Positions 1 through 9,470 of a DNA stretch of 64,000 nt are shown piece after piece. Origin of the DNA: Chloroflexota bacterium (GTDB taxonomy: Bacteria > Chloroflexota > Dehalococcoidia > DSGV01); NCBI GenBank assembly GCA_021787985.1, contig JAJYLG010000001.1, positions 50,163-114,162 of the forward strand, given 5' to 3'. Below the pieces are notes generated by a model. That model searched no databases. It was given only the letters and a program-made list of their open reading frames with translations, and had not been told where the DNA came from. Numbering within the stretch: position 1 is the stretch's first letter; the number at the start of each line of letters is the position of its first letter. Made by a program: the position numbers and the translations under genes.

Positions 1-369
1 CGTCACCACGATGCCGCGCCCGGGACGGTTCGTGGGTCGCGCCTCGGTCGGCTCGACCTCGACGCGAACGGTGTCGCCGACGTACACGGGCTTGAGGATG
101 GTGATCTCGGCGCCGAGGAAGGCGATTCCGCGCTCGTTCAGCACGCCCGTCTGCAGCACCAGCCCTTCCGAGAGCGCGAAGGTGAGCGCTCCTGGCACCA
201 GCCGGCCGGTGAACGACGTCTCGCGGCGGAGGTACTCCTGGTCGACGAACAGCGGCTCGTACATTCCCGACAGACCGATGAAGTTGACCAGGTCCGTCTC
301 AGTGACGGTGCGCGCCAGGGTTGAGAAGCGGGCGCCGACCTTGTAGTCCTCGAAGTACCAGGGTTCCAT
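1..369 (-). CDS. MaoC-like (R)-specific enoyl-CoA hydratase/dehydratase (hotdog fold). C-terminal part runs off the window start.
   Basis: Absent from the ORF track because it has no stop inside the window. Reverse-strand translation from the ATG (complement of 367-369) gives MEPWYFEDYKVGARFSTLARTVTETDLVNFIGLSGMYEPLFVDQEYLRRETSFTGRLVPGALTF..., which is typical MaoC N-terminus. A GGAGA RBS lies ~8 nt upstream. Confidence 0.6.
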   Translation of the reverse strand, partial: MEPWYFEDYKVGARFSTLARTVTETDLVNFIGLSGMYEPLFVDQEYLRRETSFTGRLVPGALTFALSEGLVLQTGVLNERGIAFLGAEITILKPVYVGDTVRVEVEPTEARPTNRPGRGIVVT

Positions 370-474
370 CGTCGCTTGTCTCCTTACTTCCGATAGGTCT
401 TGTGCATGCTCCGGATGATCCGCCATACGCGCGTGGCGCGGCCGGAGCGAGCCGGCACGCACGCAGCGCCTCGC

Positions 475-1674
475 TCACGCGCCCGGTTGAAACGTGACGC
501 CCTGGTCCAACAGCGCATCGATCTCGTGCTCGCCATACCCGACCTCCCGAAGCACCTCGCGACTGTCCTGGCCGAGTCGCGGCGCGAGCCGGCCAATGCT
601 CCCGGGGCTGCGCGAAAACGTGATCGGGTTCCGAATCGTGCGCACGCGGCCCTCGCTGGGATGGTCGACCATGGGGAAGAACTCGATGGACTGAAGGTGC
701 GGGTCGCTGAGCAGGCTGTCGGGCGAGTTCAAGGGGACGGCCGGGATGTCTGCCTGCTCGAGGGCTGCCAGCCATTCGGCCGTGGTGCGCTGCTTCAGGA
801 CGTCGGCAACCATGGCGTAGAGCTCGTCGATGTGTTGGGTTCGTGCCGAGACGTCGCGGAAGCGTTCATCGCTGGCGAGCTCGGGGCGACCGGCCAGCCC
901 GAAGAAGCGCTGCCAGTGGCGGTCCGTATAGATCACGGCGCAGACGTAGCCGTCGGCGGTGCGGTAGGGCTTGCGGTGGACGGACGTGGTCCGTGGGTAG
1001 ACGGCGGAGCCCAGCGGGGGGTCAAACGACTTCCCGTACATGTGCTCCAGCATCAGCCCGAACACGATCGTCTCGAACATGGGCACCTCGATGGCCTGTC
1101 CTTGGCCGGTACGTTCGCGGTGGTAGAGCGCCATGAGGATGGCGCTGAGCGTGACCAGCCCGGCGGTCCGATCCGCAACCGCTGAGGCGACGTACTGTGG
1201 CTCGCCGGCGACGTAGGCCTGTACGGCTGCCAGGCCAGACACGCCCTGGATCATGTCGTCGTACGCTGGCTTTCCGCGATACGGCCCCTGTTCCGAGAAA
1301 CCGTACGCCCCGCAGTACACGATTCGCTCGTTGACTGTCCGGACCTCGTCGTAGGTGAGGCCCAGATCTGCCATGGCCTGAGGACGCATATTGTGGACCA
1401 GGAGGTCGCAGGTCTGTGCGAGCCGGAGCACCGCCTCTCGTCCCGCGGGGAGCTTCAGATCGAGGACGATGCTGCGCTTGTTGCGGTTGAGATTCAGGAA
1501 GTTCGCCGCCATGCCGGGGTGGCGCGCCGGGCCGACATAGCGCGTTATGTCCCCCGCGGGGCTCTCGACCTTGATCACCTCCGCACCCATGTCGCCGAGC
1601 AGCAAGGTGCAGTAGGGGCCAAGCAGAACGGACGTCAGGTCCAACACCCGTAGCCCAGACAACGGACCCGTCAT
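475..1674 (-). CDS. Family III CoA-transferase (CaiB/BaiF family), paralog 1
   Basis: ORF 475..2058 trimmed to the internal ATG at 1672-1674. The protein begins MTGPLSGLRVLDLTSVLLGPYCTLLLGDMGAEVIKVE and has a ...RTGQGQ... motif, both typical of family III CoA-transferases. The upstream 128 codons are low-complexity. Confidence 0.8.
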   Translation of the reverse strand: MTGPLSGLRVLDLTSVLLGPYCTLLLGDMGAEVIKVESPAGDITRYVGPARHPGMAANFLNLNRNKRSIVLDLKLPAGREAVLRLAQTCDLLVHNMRPQAMADLGLTYDEVRTVNERIVYCGAYGFSEQGPYRGKPAYDDMIQGVSGLAAVQAYVAGEPQYVASAVADRTAGLVTLSAILMALYHRERTGQGQAIEVPMFETIVFGLMLEHMYGKSFDPPLGSAVYPRTTSVHRKPYRTADGYVCAVIYTDRHWQRFFGLAGRPELASDERFRDVSARTQHIDELYAMVADVLKQRTTAEWLAALEQADIPAVPLNSPDSLLSDPHLQSIEFFPMVDHPSEGRVRTIRNPITFSRSPGSIGRLAPRLGQDSREVLREVGYGEHEIDALLDQGVTFQPGA

Positions 1675-1892
1675 TTCAGAGCGCCTCCCGCAGCGATCAG
1701 TCGACCTTTGCTTGCGCACGCCCGCCCGGACGCGAACGGGGTCCGGCAGCCGCTCGGCCGACGCACGGGCAGGCCGATGACCGGCGGCTCCGTGTGCCCT
1801 GTCCGGCGCCCATCCACGAGCCTGGGCGAGTTCAACCGGTCGAGCCTCCTCATGGTGGCCTTGGCGATGGCATGTCCGTCCATGCTGGTCCC

Positions 1893-3056
1893 CTAGTTGC
1901 GGGGCAGACCCAGGCCCCGCGTCGCGATCACGTTGCGCTGGATCTCGGACGTGCCGCCGCCGATGGTCGCCGCGACCGCGCCCAGGTACATCCGCTCGAG
2001 CCGGCCCATGAGCGGCGCGTGCGGCGTACCGGGCGCGAGCTGGCCGTGCATCCCGCACACCTTCATGCCGGCACCGGCCACACGTTGCTGTAGCTCGCTG
2101 CTGAAGACCTTGAGCAGCGACGCCTCCTTCGACGGCATCAGTCCTCTGTCCTGCATGGATGCGACCGCGTAGGCCATCACCGTCCCGGTCTCGGTGGCCG
2201 TGCGCAGGTCGATCAGCATGTGGCGGACGGAGACCGGCGGGCGTGTCGGAAGCGCGCGGGCCAGCTCGATGATCTCCTCCAGCGTTCGGCGCACCCCCGC
2301 GAAGGAGGCGATGCTCGACCGCTCGAAGTCGAGCGTGGTGGCCGTCTGGTACCAGCCACGGTGAAGCTCGCCAACGAGATTCTCGCGTGGCACGCGCAGG
2401 TTATCGAAAAACACCTGGTTAAAGAAGTGGCCGTCGGCCATGTTCGTCAACGGCTGAACGGTGACGCCCGCGCTGTGCATGTCGACGATGAAGTTGCTGA
2501 TGCCGCGGTGCTTGGGTGCGTCGGGGTCCGTCCGCGCGGCCAGCCAGCAGAAGTCGGCGCGGTGGGCGTCGGAGGTCCAGATCTTCTGCCCGTTGATAAC
2601 GAAGTCGTCGCCGTCCTGGACGGCGCGCGTCTGGAGGGACGCCAGGTCGCTGCCGGCGCCTGGCTCCGAGAACCCCTGACAGAAGAACGCCCCGCCGGCG
2701 GTGATCTGCCTGAGAAAGACCCGCCGCTGCTCCTCGGTCCCGTAGCGAATCAAGATCGGGCCGACGTAGAAGACGCCGCGGCGATGGGCGGCGGCCGGAG
2801 CGCGGTGGTAGGCGATCTCCTCGTTGAAGATCGCCTGCTCGATGTGCGCAAGGCCCAGGCCGCCGTACTCCTTCGGCCACGGCAGCGCGATCCAGCCGCG
2901 CTCCGCCAGGCGCTTCGAGAACCACGGCGACCAGCCGCCGATGCCGAGCCCCTCTTCGCCGAGATCGTCTTCGGGAACGTGGGGCAGCGTTTCCCGGAGG
3001 AACGCTCGCACCTCATCGCGGAATGCCGCCTGCTGCGGTGTCAATCGGAAATCCAT
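1893..3056 (-). CDS. Acyl-CoA dehydrogenase
   Basis: The protein begins MDFRLTPQQAAFRDEVRAFL and ends ...GGTSEIQRNVIATRGLGLPRN, which is ACAD family. A strong RBS AAGAAGGTGGTGGC sits immediately before the ATG at 3054-3056. It is a paralog of the ACAD at 11686..12831. Confidence 0.85.
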   Translation of the reverse strand: MDFRLTPQQAAFRDEVRAFLRETLPHVPEDDLGEEGLGIGGWSPWFSKRLAERGWIALPWPKEYGGLGLAHIEQAIFNEEIAYHRAPAAAHRRGVFYVGPILIRYGTEEQRRVFLRQITAGGAFFCQGFSEPGAGSDLASLQTRAVQDGDDFVINGQKIWTSDAHRADFCWLAARTDPDAPKHRGISNFIVDMHSAGVTVQPLTNMADGHFFNQVFFDNLRVPRENLVGELHRGWYQTATTLDFERSSIASFAGVRRTLEEIIELARALPTRPPVSVRHMLIDLRTATETGTVMAYAVASMQDRGLMPSKEASLLKVFSSELQQRVAGAGMKVCGMHGQLAPGTPHAPLMGRLERMYLGAVAATIGGGTSEIQRNVIATRGLGLPRN

Positions 3057-3110
3057 GCCACCACCTTCTTGCGCACCTGTCACCCACTCCGTGCCTATTT
3101 CGGCTTCAGG

Positions 3111-4328
3111 TCATGTCCGCTCGCCGTTCACACTGCCGAACGCGCCCGCCGCGCGCAGGCGCGCGATCTCTTCGGGGGAGAACGCGGCCTCGCGCAGCAC
3201 CGCGTCCGTGTCGGCGCCAGCCGCGTGTGCCGTGTGGCGGACGGCGCCCGGGGTCTCGGAGAGCTTCACGGCGATGCCAACCTGGCGAACCGGGCCAACT
3301 TCGGGGTCGAGCAGATCGACGAACATGCCTCGCGCCCGGAGCTGTGGGTCGCTGGCCGCTTCGTCGAGCGTGTAGACGGGGCTCGCGGCCACGTCGTGGT
3401 CACGCAGCGCGTCGAACCACTCGTCGCGCGGCCGGGCACGAAACGCCTCGGCAAAGAACCGCCGGATCTCCTCGGCACGCTCTCCAGCCGCCCACTGGTC
3501 GTCGAGATACCGCTCACCACCGAGGGCACGGCACAGGTTCTCGTAGAACCACGGCTCGTTGCAGCCGACGGCGATGTAGCGGTCGTCGGCGCAGCGATAG
3601 GCGCCGTAGTAGGGAGCGGCGCCCGTCAGCCGGTGCGTGCCCCGCATGGGGATGCTGCCGCGCGCGAAGTACTCCGAGAAGAAGTACGTGAGGAGCATGG
3701 CGACGCCGTCGGTCATGGCGATGTCGACGTACTGGCCGGCTCCCGTCCGCTCACGGGCGACGACCGCCGCGAGGATACCGAAGGCCGCGAGCAGTCCACC
3801 GCCCGCGAAGTCGCCGAGCAGATTGCCGGGGGTGGCCGGTGGGCCGTCGCGCTCTCCGATGAGGCTCAGCGCGCCGGCCAGCGCGATGTAGTTGATGTCG
3901 TGGCCGACGACTCCCGCGTAGGGGCCGTCCTGGCCGTAGCCGGAGATGGAGCAGTACACCAGCCTGGGGTTGAGGTCCCGCAGGCGCTCGTAGTCCACGC
4001 CCAGCCGCCTGACCACGCCGGGGCGGAAGCCCTCGACGACGACATCGGCCGTTCGCGCCAGGCGTCGGAAGACCTCCACCCCGTCCGGCGACTTCAGGTC
4101 GAGCGTGATGCTCCGCTTGTTGCGGTCAAACGCGCTGTGGGCGCGGCGCCGCGCCTCCTCCTCGGGAGGGGGCCGTCGCGCCTGACGTTCGAGGCGGGCA
4201 CGTCGTCCGCCACCCAGCTCCTCGATCTTGATGACGTCGGCGCCGAGGTCGGCCAGCAGCATGGTGCAGAACGGCCCGGGCGCCAGCCGGGAGAGGTCGA
4301 GGATCCGGATGTGGTCCAAAGGCAACAC
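3111..4328 (-). CDS. Family III CoA-transferase, paralog 2
   Basis: Contains ...LPLDHIRILDLSRLAPGPFCTMLLADLGADVIKIE... and ...RERTGAGQYVD.... I place the start at the GTG at 4326-4328, 8 nt after an AAGGAGAG RBS. The ORF-track start at 4400 adds an Arg-rich tail. Confidence 0.75.
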   Translation of the reverse strand: MLPLDHIRILDLSRLAPGPFCTMLLADLGADVIKIEELGGGRRARLERQARRPPPEEEARRRAHSAFDRNKRSITLDLKSPDGVEVFRRLARTADVVVEGFRPGVVRRLGVDYERLRDLNPRLVYCSISGYGQDGPYAGVVGHDINYIALAGALSLIGERDGPPATPGNLLGDFAGGGLLAAFGILAAVVARERTGAGQYVDIAMTDGVAMLLTYFFSEYFARGSIPMRGTHRLTGAAPYYGAYRCADDRYIAVGCNEPWFYENLCRALGGERYLDDQWAAGERAEEIRRFFAEAFRARPRDEWFDALRDHDVAASPVYTLDEAASDPQLRARGMFVDLLDPEVGPVRQVGIAVKLSETPGAVRHTAHAAGADTDAVLREAAFSPEEIARLRAAGAFGSVNGERT

Positions 4329-4516
4329 GTCACTCGCTCTCCTTCTGCACCCGCGGCCCGCTCGCTCTGGCCGCGCGTTGTCGGGCGCGACCGGCTGCAC
4401 GAGCGTCCTCCTGCAGCCGGTCGCGCCGCCTGCGGTTCCGGCTCGGGCTCCCGCCCGCCGAAGTCCCCTCCCTCACCGTCCGTGGGGACCAGACAGGCAA
4501 TGTTCCGCCCGCCGCG

Positions 4517-5737
4517 TCAGTACTGGGGCACCGCGGCAGGCTGAGTCACCGGCACGAACTTGTTATCCTGCGCAGCCACGACCACTTCCTTGAGCGAGCC
4601 GATGTGCCGCGAAGACGTGTAGGTGACGCTGTAGACGAGGCTTCCGGTCCAGTCGCTGAGGGTGTTCAGCGCGGCCTCGAGGTCCTTCCAGGTGGGCTTC
4701 TGGCCGTTGGCCGTCGCCTTCTTGAACGCCTCGCCGAAGATCTCGCCGGCAGCGAAGCCTTGCTGGCTCAGGAGACCGGGCTGGGCATTCGGGAAGTACT
4801 TCGCCAGCGCCGCGCGGTAATCCGACGCCGCGGGCGTGCTCGCATCCGGACCGACCATGTAGCTGTCGAAGAAGGTCGTGCCGTTCGCGAGGCCGTTGCT
4901 CAGCTTGAACAGGCTCGGGTCGGCGTTGTAGAACCCTGCCGCCCACAGTGGATGGTATCCGCTCCCTGCGGCGTCCTTCTCCGCCGTCGAGAGCTGGGGA
5001 ATGCTCGCCCCCCACCAGACGATGCCGTCCACGCCCGCGTCTTTCATCCTGCTCACGTACGAGCTCATGTCGACCGCGGTCGGGTCCACCGCCAGCTCGG
5101 GGCCCACGGACAGGTTCTCGTGCTGCGCGTACGCTTCGAAGCCCGCCTTCGCCACGGTCCCGACGTCGTTGTTCTCGTACAGCAGTCCGAGCTTCGCCAC
5201 GCTCTTCTGCTTGGTGAGGAATTGCGCCAGGAACTCGGTGGCGTACCGGTAGACGGGGTTAGCCGGGAAGTAGTTGGCGATGCCGGGCTCCTTGACGAAC
5301 GGGTCGCTGGAGAAGCCCGGCGCGATGTCCGGGATGCCGGTCTGCTTGATGAACGGCATTACGGCGTTGTTCGGGATCGTTCCGACATCGCCCACCACGG
5401 CGAAGACATGGTCCTGGTTGACCAGCTTTTTCATCACGGTCAATGACCGCGAGGGATCGTAGGCGTTGTCGGCCGTGTCGTAATTGAACGTATAGCCGTT
5501 GATGCCACCGTGGTCATTGACCCACTTGACCCAGGCCTGCACGCCATACGTGAACGGCAGCAGGAAGTTGAACGGGCCAGTTACAACCTCACCGCCGCCG
5601 ATCGTGACCGTCTTTCCCGACACGCCGGGAGCGCTGGAGCTTGACTTGGAGCTGCTGCACGCGGCAAGCAGGGCCACTGCAGCGACCAATGCGAGCAGGA
5701 GCGTCGATTTGCTCTTGACCCGAGCCCACGAGTTCAT
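4517..5737 (-). CDS. ABC transporter substrate-binding lipoprotein (branched-chain amino acid / Liv-type binding protein family)
   Basis: Starts at the ATG at 5735-5737 after a GGGAGGAAACC RBS. It has a signal peptide with a lipobox (...LLLALVAAVALLAACSS...) and a periplasmic binding protein type I fold signature. The longer ORF-track N-terminus is low-complexity. Confidence 0.8.
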   Translation of the reverse strand: MNSWARVKSKSTLLLALVAAVALLAACSSSKSSSSAPGVSGKTVTIGGGEVVTGPFNFLLPFTYGVQAWVKWVNDHGGINGYTFNYDTADNAYDPSRSLTVMKKLVNQDHVFAVVGDVGTIPNNAVMPFIKQTGIPDIAPGFSSDPFVKEPGIANYFPANPVYRYATEFLAQFLTKQKSVAKLGLLYENNDVGTVAKAGFEAYAQHENLSVGPELAVDPTAVDMSSYVSRMKDAGVDGIVWWGASIPQLSTAEKDAAGSGYHPLWAAGFYNADPSLFKLSNGLANGTTFFDSYMVGPDASTPAASDYRAALAKYFPNAQPGLLSQQGFAAGEIFGEAFKKATANGQKPTWKDLEAALNTLSDWTGSLVYSVTYTSSRHIGSLKEVVVAAQDNKFVPVTQPAAVPQY

Positions 5738-6003
5738 GGTTTCCTCCCTTTTCCGTTCGTCCTTCGACCTCGCTCGATAGTTGCCAGGGTTCGCATTCGG
5801 CGGTTGGTGCGCCGGTCCAGCGCCCGTCCAGGCACGGCGCTCCCGCCCGAGCTGCCTCGGCGGAGGCGCGTGCGCGCGGCACCCCCGCCCGCCTCGCAGG
5901 GGGTTGTCCTGCGGCGAGCTGACGATGGTCGCTTGGTCCCGGCGGACCTCCTTTCCGGCGGCGGCCGCCACGGCAGTTCCTCTTCCCGGTTGCTCCAGGT
6001 CAT

Positions 6004-6714
6004 TCACAGGAGCTGATAGGCTCCTTTCACGGCGGGATCCGCGCGCAGGACAGATGTCGCGCCCTCCATCACGACCTGCCCGGACTGCAAGATATAGCCG
6101 TAGTCGGCGAGGGCCAGCGCGAGGGTGACGTTCTGCTCGACCAGGAGCAGGGCTACTCCCGTGCGGTTGATCTCTCGCAGGATCTCGAATATCTGCTGCA
6201 CGATGGCGGGCGCCAGACCGAGCGATGGCTCGTCGAGGAGCAGAACGCGTGCGTGCGCTACCAACGCCCGCCCTACCGCCAGCATCTGCTGCTCGCCTCC
6301 CGAGAGCGTGCCCGCGGGCTGGCGGAGCCGTGACCGGAGCGCGGGGAAGTACGTGAGGACCTGATCGAGATCGGCCCGCCTCGTCTTCTGGTGGTCACGG
6401 ACGGCCATGCTTCCGCAGAGCAAGTTCTCCTCTACCGTGAGGTCGGGGAAGACCTGTCGGCCCTCTGGGACCTGCACCACGCCGCCGCGGGCGATGCGAT
6501 GGACCGGCCAGCGATCGATCCGAGTCCCATCGAGCCGCACGGTGCCGGACATGATGCGCAGCTCACCGGAGATCGCCCGGACGAGCGAGGTCTTCCCTGC
6601 GCCGTTGGGACCCAGGACCGTGACGATCCCGGACTCGGGGATACGCACGCACACCTCATGGAGCACGGTCTTGGGGCCGTACCCGGCGACGAGCGATTCC
6701 ACCTCAAGGAGCAC
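6004..6714 (-). CDS. ABC transporter ATP-binding protein (LivF-like)
   Basis: Walker A GPNGAGKTS, a signature LSGGEQQML and Walker B LLLDEPS are all present. The start overlaps the upstream ATPase stop by 11 nt. Confidence 0.85.
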   Translation of the reverse strand: MLLEVESLVAGYGPKTVLHEVCVRIPESGIVTVLGPNGAGKTSLVRAISGELRIMSGTVRLDGTRIDRWPVHRIARGGVVQVPEGRQVFPDLTVEENLLCGSMAVRDHQKTRRADLDQVLTYFPALRSRLRQPAGTLSGGEQQMLAVGRALVAHARVLLLDEPSLGLAPAIVQQIFEILREINRTGVALLLVEQNVTLALALADYGYILQSGQVVMEGATSVLRADPAVKGAYQLL

Positions 6715-7486
6715 CGGCGCCCTCCCCCAGGTAGCTCGTTACCACCGGCGGCGCGCTCAGGACTTCGGCTGGCCGTCCTGCCGCGATCACCGTCCCGAAG
6801 TTCATGGCGTACATTCGGTTGCTCAGTCGCTCGATGAACCGCACGTCGTGGTCGATCACCAGGACGGCCAGCCGGTACGACGCCCGAATGTCGTCGATCT
6901 TCTGCCGTAGCATGTCCTTCTCGTGCGTGTTCAGCCCCGCCGCGGGCTCGTCGAGGAGCAGCAGTCGCGGCCGGCTGGCTATCGCTCGCGCCAGCTCCAC
7001 CAGCTTCTGGATGCCATACGGCAGGAGCTCGACTCGCTCGTCGCGCCACTCCCGCAGGCCGACCTCGTCCAGGACCTCGTCGGCGCGAGCGCGCATCGCC
7101 CGCTCGTCGCGCCGGGCTGATGGCGCGTTGACAAGGGCGGACATGACGCCGGTCCGGTGCTGCGAATGCAGCCCAACCATCACGTTCTCGACGACCGTCA
7201 TCCCTTCGAAGAGCTCGAGGTTCTGGAAGGTCCGCGCGATGCCCGCTCGAATGATGCTGTGCGGCGCACGGCCCAGCAGCGGTGCACCGGCGAACGAGGC
7301 GCGCCCGCCGTTGGGCCGGGCGAAGCCGGTGATCGCGTTGATAAGCGTCGTCTTGCCGGCGCCGTTCGGCCCGATGATGCCGACCGACTCACCCTCGTCG
7401 ACGGTCAGCGATACGCCGTCAACGGCGCGGACACCGCCGAACCGCACCTGGAGACCCTCGATCGCAAGCAGCGCGCTCACACGCAT
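6704..7486 (-). CDS. ABC transporter ATP-binding protein (LivG-like)
   Basis: Has GPNGAGKTT, a branched-chain-type insertion, and LLLLDEPAAGLN. Confidence 0.85.
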   Translation of the reverse strand: MRVSALLAIEGLQVRFGGVRAVDGVSLTVDEGESVGIIGPNGAGKTTLINAITGFARPNGGRASFAGAPLLGRAPHSIIRAGIARTFQNLELFEGMTVVENVMVGLHSQHRTGVMSALVNAPSARRDERAMRARADEVLDEVGLREWRDERVELLPYGIQKLVELARAIASRPRLLLLDEPAAGLNTHEKDMLRQKIDDIRASYRLAVLVIDHDVRFIERLSNRMYAMNFGTVIAAGRPAEVLSAPPVVTSYLGEGAGAP

Positions 7487-7495
7487 CCGGCCTTC

Positions 7496-9424
7496 CTAGC
7501 TGCTCTTCGCCGGGTCGCCGAGCGGCTCCGCAGTGGTGAGCTGTTGCCGCCTCCCGGTCCGGATGAAAAGGTTGGCCAACTGATCGGGAACACCGACAAT
7601 CCCGCGTGGTGCAAAGCGGATGACAACGAGCAATGCTCCGCCGTAGATCACGTACTGCCAGTTCCCGACCCCCGCGACGAGCTGCGGGATCATCACCAGG
7701 AAGAGCGCCCCGACGATCGCGCCGGGCAGCGACTCCATCCCTCCTACCACCACGGCCGCGAGGTAGAAGATCGAGTTCCAGAACGTAAAGGTCTGAGGCG
7801 AGATGAAGTTGACGGTGTGCGTGTACAGACTGCCCGCCACACCGGCGAGCATGGCGCTGACGACGAACGCCAGCAGCTTGTAGACCGTGATGTTCACGCC
7901 CATCGCCTTTGCGGCCGGCTCGCTCGAGCGGAGAGCGAGCCAAGCACGACCGATGCGCGAGCGGCGCAGATTGGCGACGGCCGCGATGCATACCGCCAGT
8001 ACCACCAGGGCAAGCCAGTACTTGGCCCGGCCGCCGGTGAGCATCAGGCCGAACAGGCTCGGCTCAGGCCCTGCCATCCCGTTGAATCCGCCGGTCAGGC
8101 GGTTGAGGTTCGCGATGGCGGTGGGCAGGCCCCACCCGAACCCCCACGTGGCTACCGCCAGGTATGGCCCGCTCAGCCGCAGGCAGGGAACCCCGAGCGC
8201 CAGCCCGAACAGGCCCGCGACGACCGCCGCGGCCACCAGTCCGCCGAGGAACGGGAAGCCAAGATCCGTCGTGACGATGGCGGAGCAGTACGCGCCGAGC
8301 CCCATGAACCCCGCCTGCGCCAGGGAGACCTGCCCCGTGAAGCCGAACAGCACGGTGAGTCCCAGGATGGCGATCGCGGCGATCCAAACCTGCGTCAGTT
8401 GGTCCGTTCTGATGGAACCGACGAGAAACGGCAGCACCACGCCAATGATGACGAGGAGTGACGTCGCAGATGTCTTCCGCCTCCCGCTCCCGAGGAACCG
8501 CTGCAGCGGCGAGCCGCCCTGCGGTCGCGCGAATAGCCCGTGGGTGGCGGAGATCAGCGACCTTCTTCCGAACAGCCCCTGCGGCCACAGCACCAGCGTC
8601 AGCAAGATAATGAGAACGAGTATCGGGCTCGTCCACTGCGTCGAGACATAGAGGTCGAGGACGTTCGTGACCACGCTCAGCAGCACGGTGCCGGCAACCG
8701 CCCCGAGAAAGCTGGTCAAGCCGCCGAGGACCACTCCCGCGAACGCTATCAGCAGCAACTGGTCCATGATGCCGATGTCGAGGTAGTAGATCGGCGTGAT
8801 GATCGCGGCTGCCAGGGCGCCGAGCGCCCCACTCAACACCCAGGACAGGCTGAACACGCTCTCGACGTTGATCCCCAACAGCCCGGCCACGCGCGCGCTC
8901 TGGCTCGTCGCTCGCATGGCGAGGCCGATGCGCGTGCGCTGCATCAACAGCGTCAAGAGCAGGATGACGACGGCCACGACTCCCAAGGCAAGAAGCGAGC
9001 TGTAGCCCAGCGAGATCGAACCGACCCGCACCCCACCCGTGCCCACCGGCGAGGGCACCGCGAACTCGTACGGTCCCCAGACGAACAGGGCCACACCACT
9101 CAAGATCATCGAGATGGCCAGAGTGGCGATGACCGACGACATGAGCGGTTGACCGCGGAGTGGACGCAAGATCAGTCGGTCCATGACCAGCCCGAGCGCG
9201 CCGCCGAGCAGCACCGCGAGCAGGACCGCGAGCGCATAGGGCAGGTGCACGTGTGTCAGCAGGACGTACAGGAGGAAGCCACAGAGCATCGAGGCATCGC
9301 CCTGGGCGAAGTTCAATACATTGGTAGAACGAAAGACAACGATCACTCCGAGCGCCAGCAGGCCAAGGGCGCCGCCCATAACGACTCCGCTGACTATGCC
9401 CTGAGCCAGGCTCCCGAAATGCAT
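7496..9424 (-). CDS. Fused LivH-LivM type ABC permease (single 642-aa polypeptide)
   Basis: Starts at ATG 9422-9424 (MHFGSLAQGIVSGVV...). The LivH-like half is followed without a stop by a LivM-like half (...LTQVWIAAIAILGLTVLFGFTGQVSLAQAGFMGLGAY...). The ORF-track N-terminal 100 aa are low-complexity. Confidence 0.75.
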   Translation of the reverse strand: MHFGSLAQGIVSGVVMGGALGLLALGVIVVFRSTNVLNFAQGDASMLCGFLLYVLLTHVHLPYALAVLLAVLLGGALGLVMDRLILRPLRGQPLMSSVIATLAISMILSGVALFVWGPYEFAVPSPVGTGGVRVGSISLGYSSLLALGVVAVVILLLTLLMQRTRIGLAMRATSQSARVAGLLGINVESVFSLSWVLSGALGALAAAIITPIYYLDIGIMDQLLLIAFAGVVLGGLTSFLGAVAGTVLLSVVTNVLDLYVSTQWTSPILVLIILLTLVLWPQGLFGRRSLISATHGLFARPQGGSPLQRFLGSGRRKTSATSLLVIIGVVLPFLVGSIRTDQLTQVWIAAIAILGLTVLFGFTGQVSLAQAGFMGLGAYCSAIVTTDLGFPFLGGLVAAAVVAGLFGLALGVPCLRLSGPYLAVATWGFGWGLPTAIANLNRLTGGFNGMAGPEPSLFGLMLTGGRAKYWLALVVLAVCIAAVANLRRSRIGRAWLALRSSEPAAKAMGVNITVYKLLAFVVSAMLAGVAGSLYTHTVNFISPQTFTFWNSIFYLAAVVVGGMESLPGAIVGALFLVMIPQLVAGVGNWQYVIYGGALLVVIRFAPRGIVGVPDQLANLFIRTGRRQQLTTAEPLGDPAKSS

Positions 9425-9470
9425 TGTCCCCCCACCCGTCCCTCGGATCCGCGTAAGGATGGCGTTTCCG

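Noticed and set aside
2220-4544. 774-aa plus-strand ORF
   Set aside because: It is antisense to a CoA-transferase and an ACAD with clear motifs. The sequence is Arg/Ala/Gly-rich and low-complexity, typical of open antisense frames in ~70% GC DNA.
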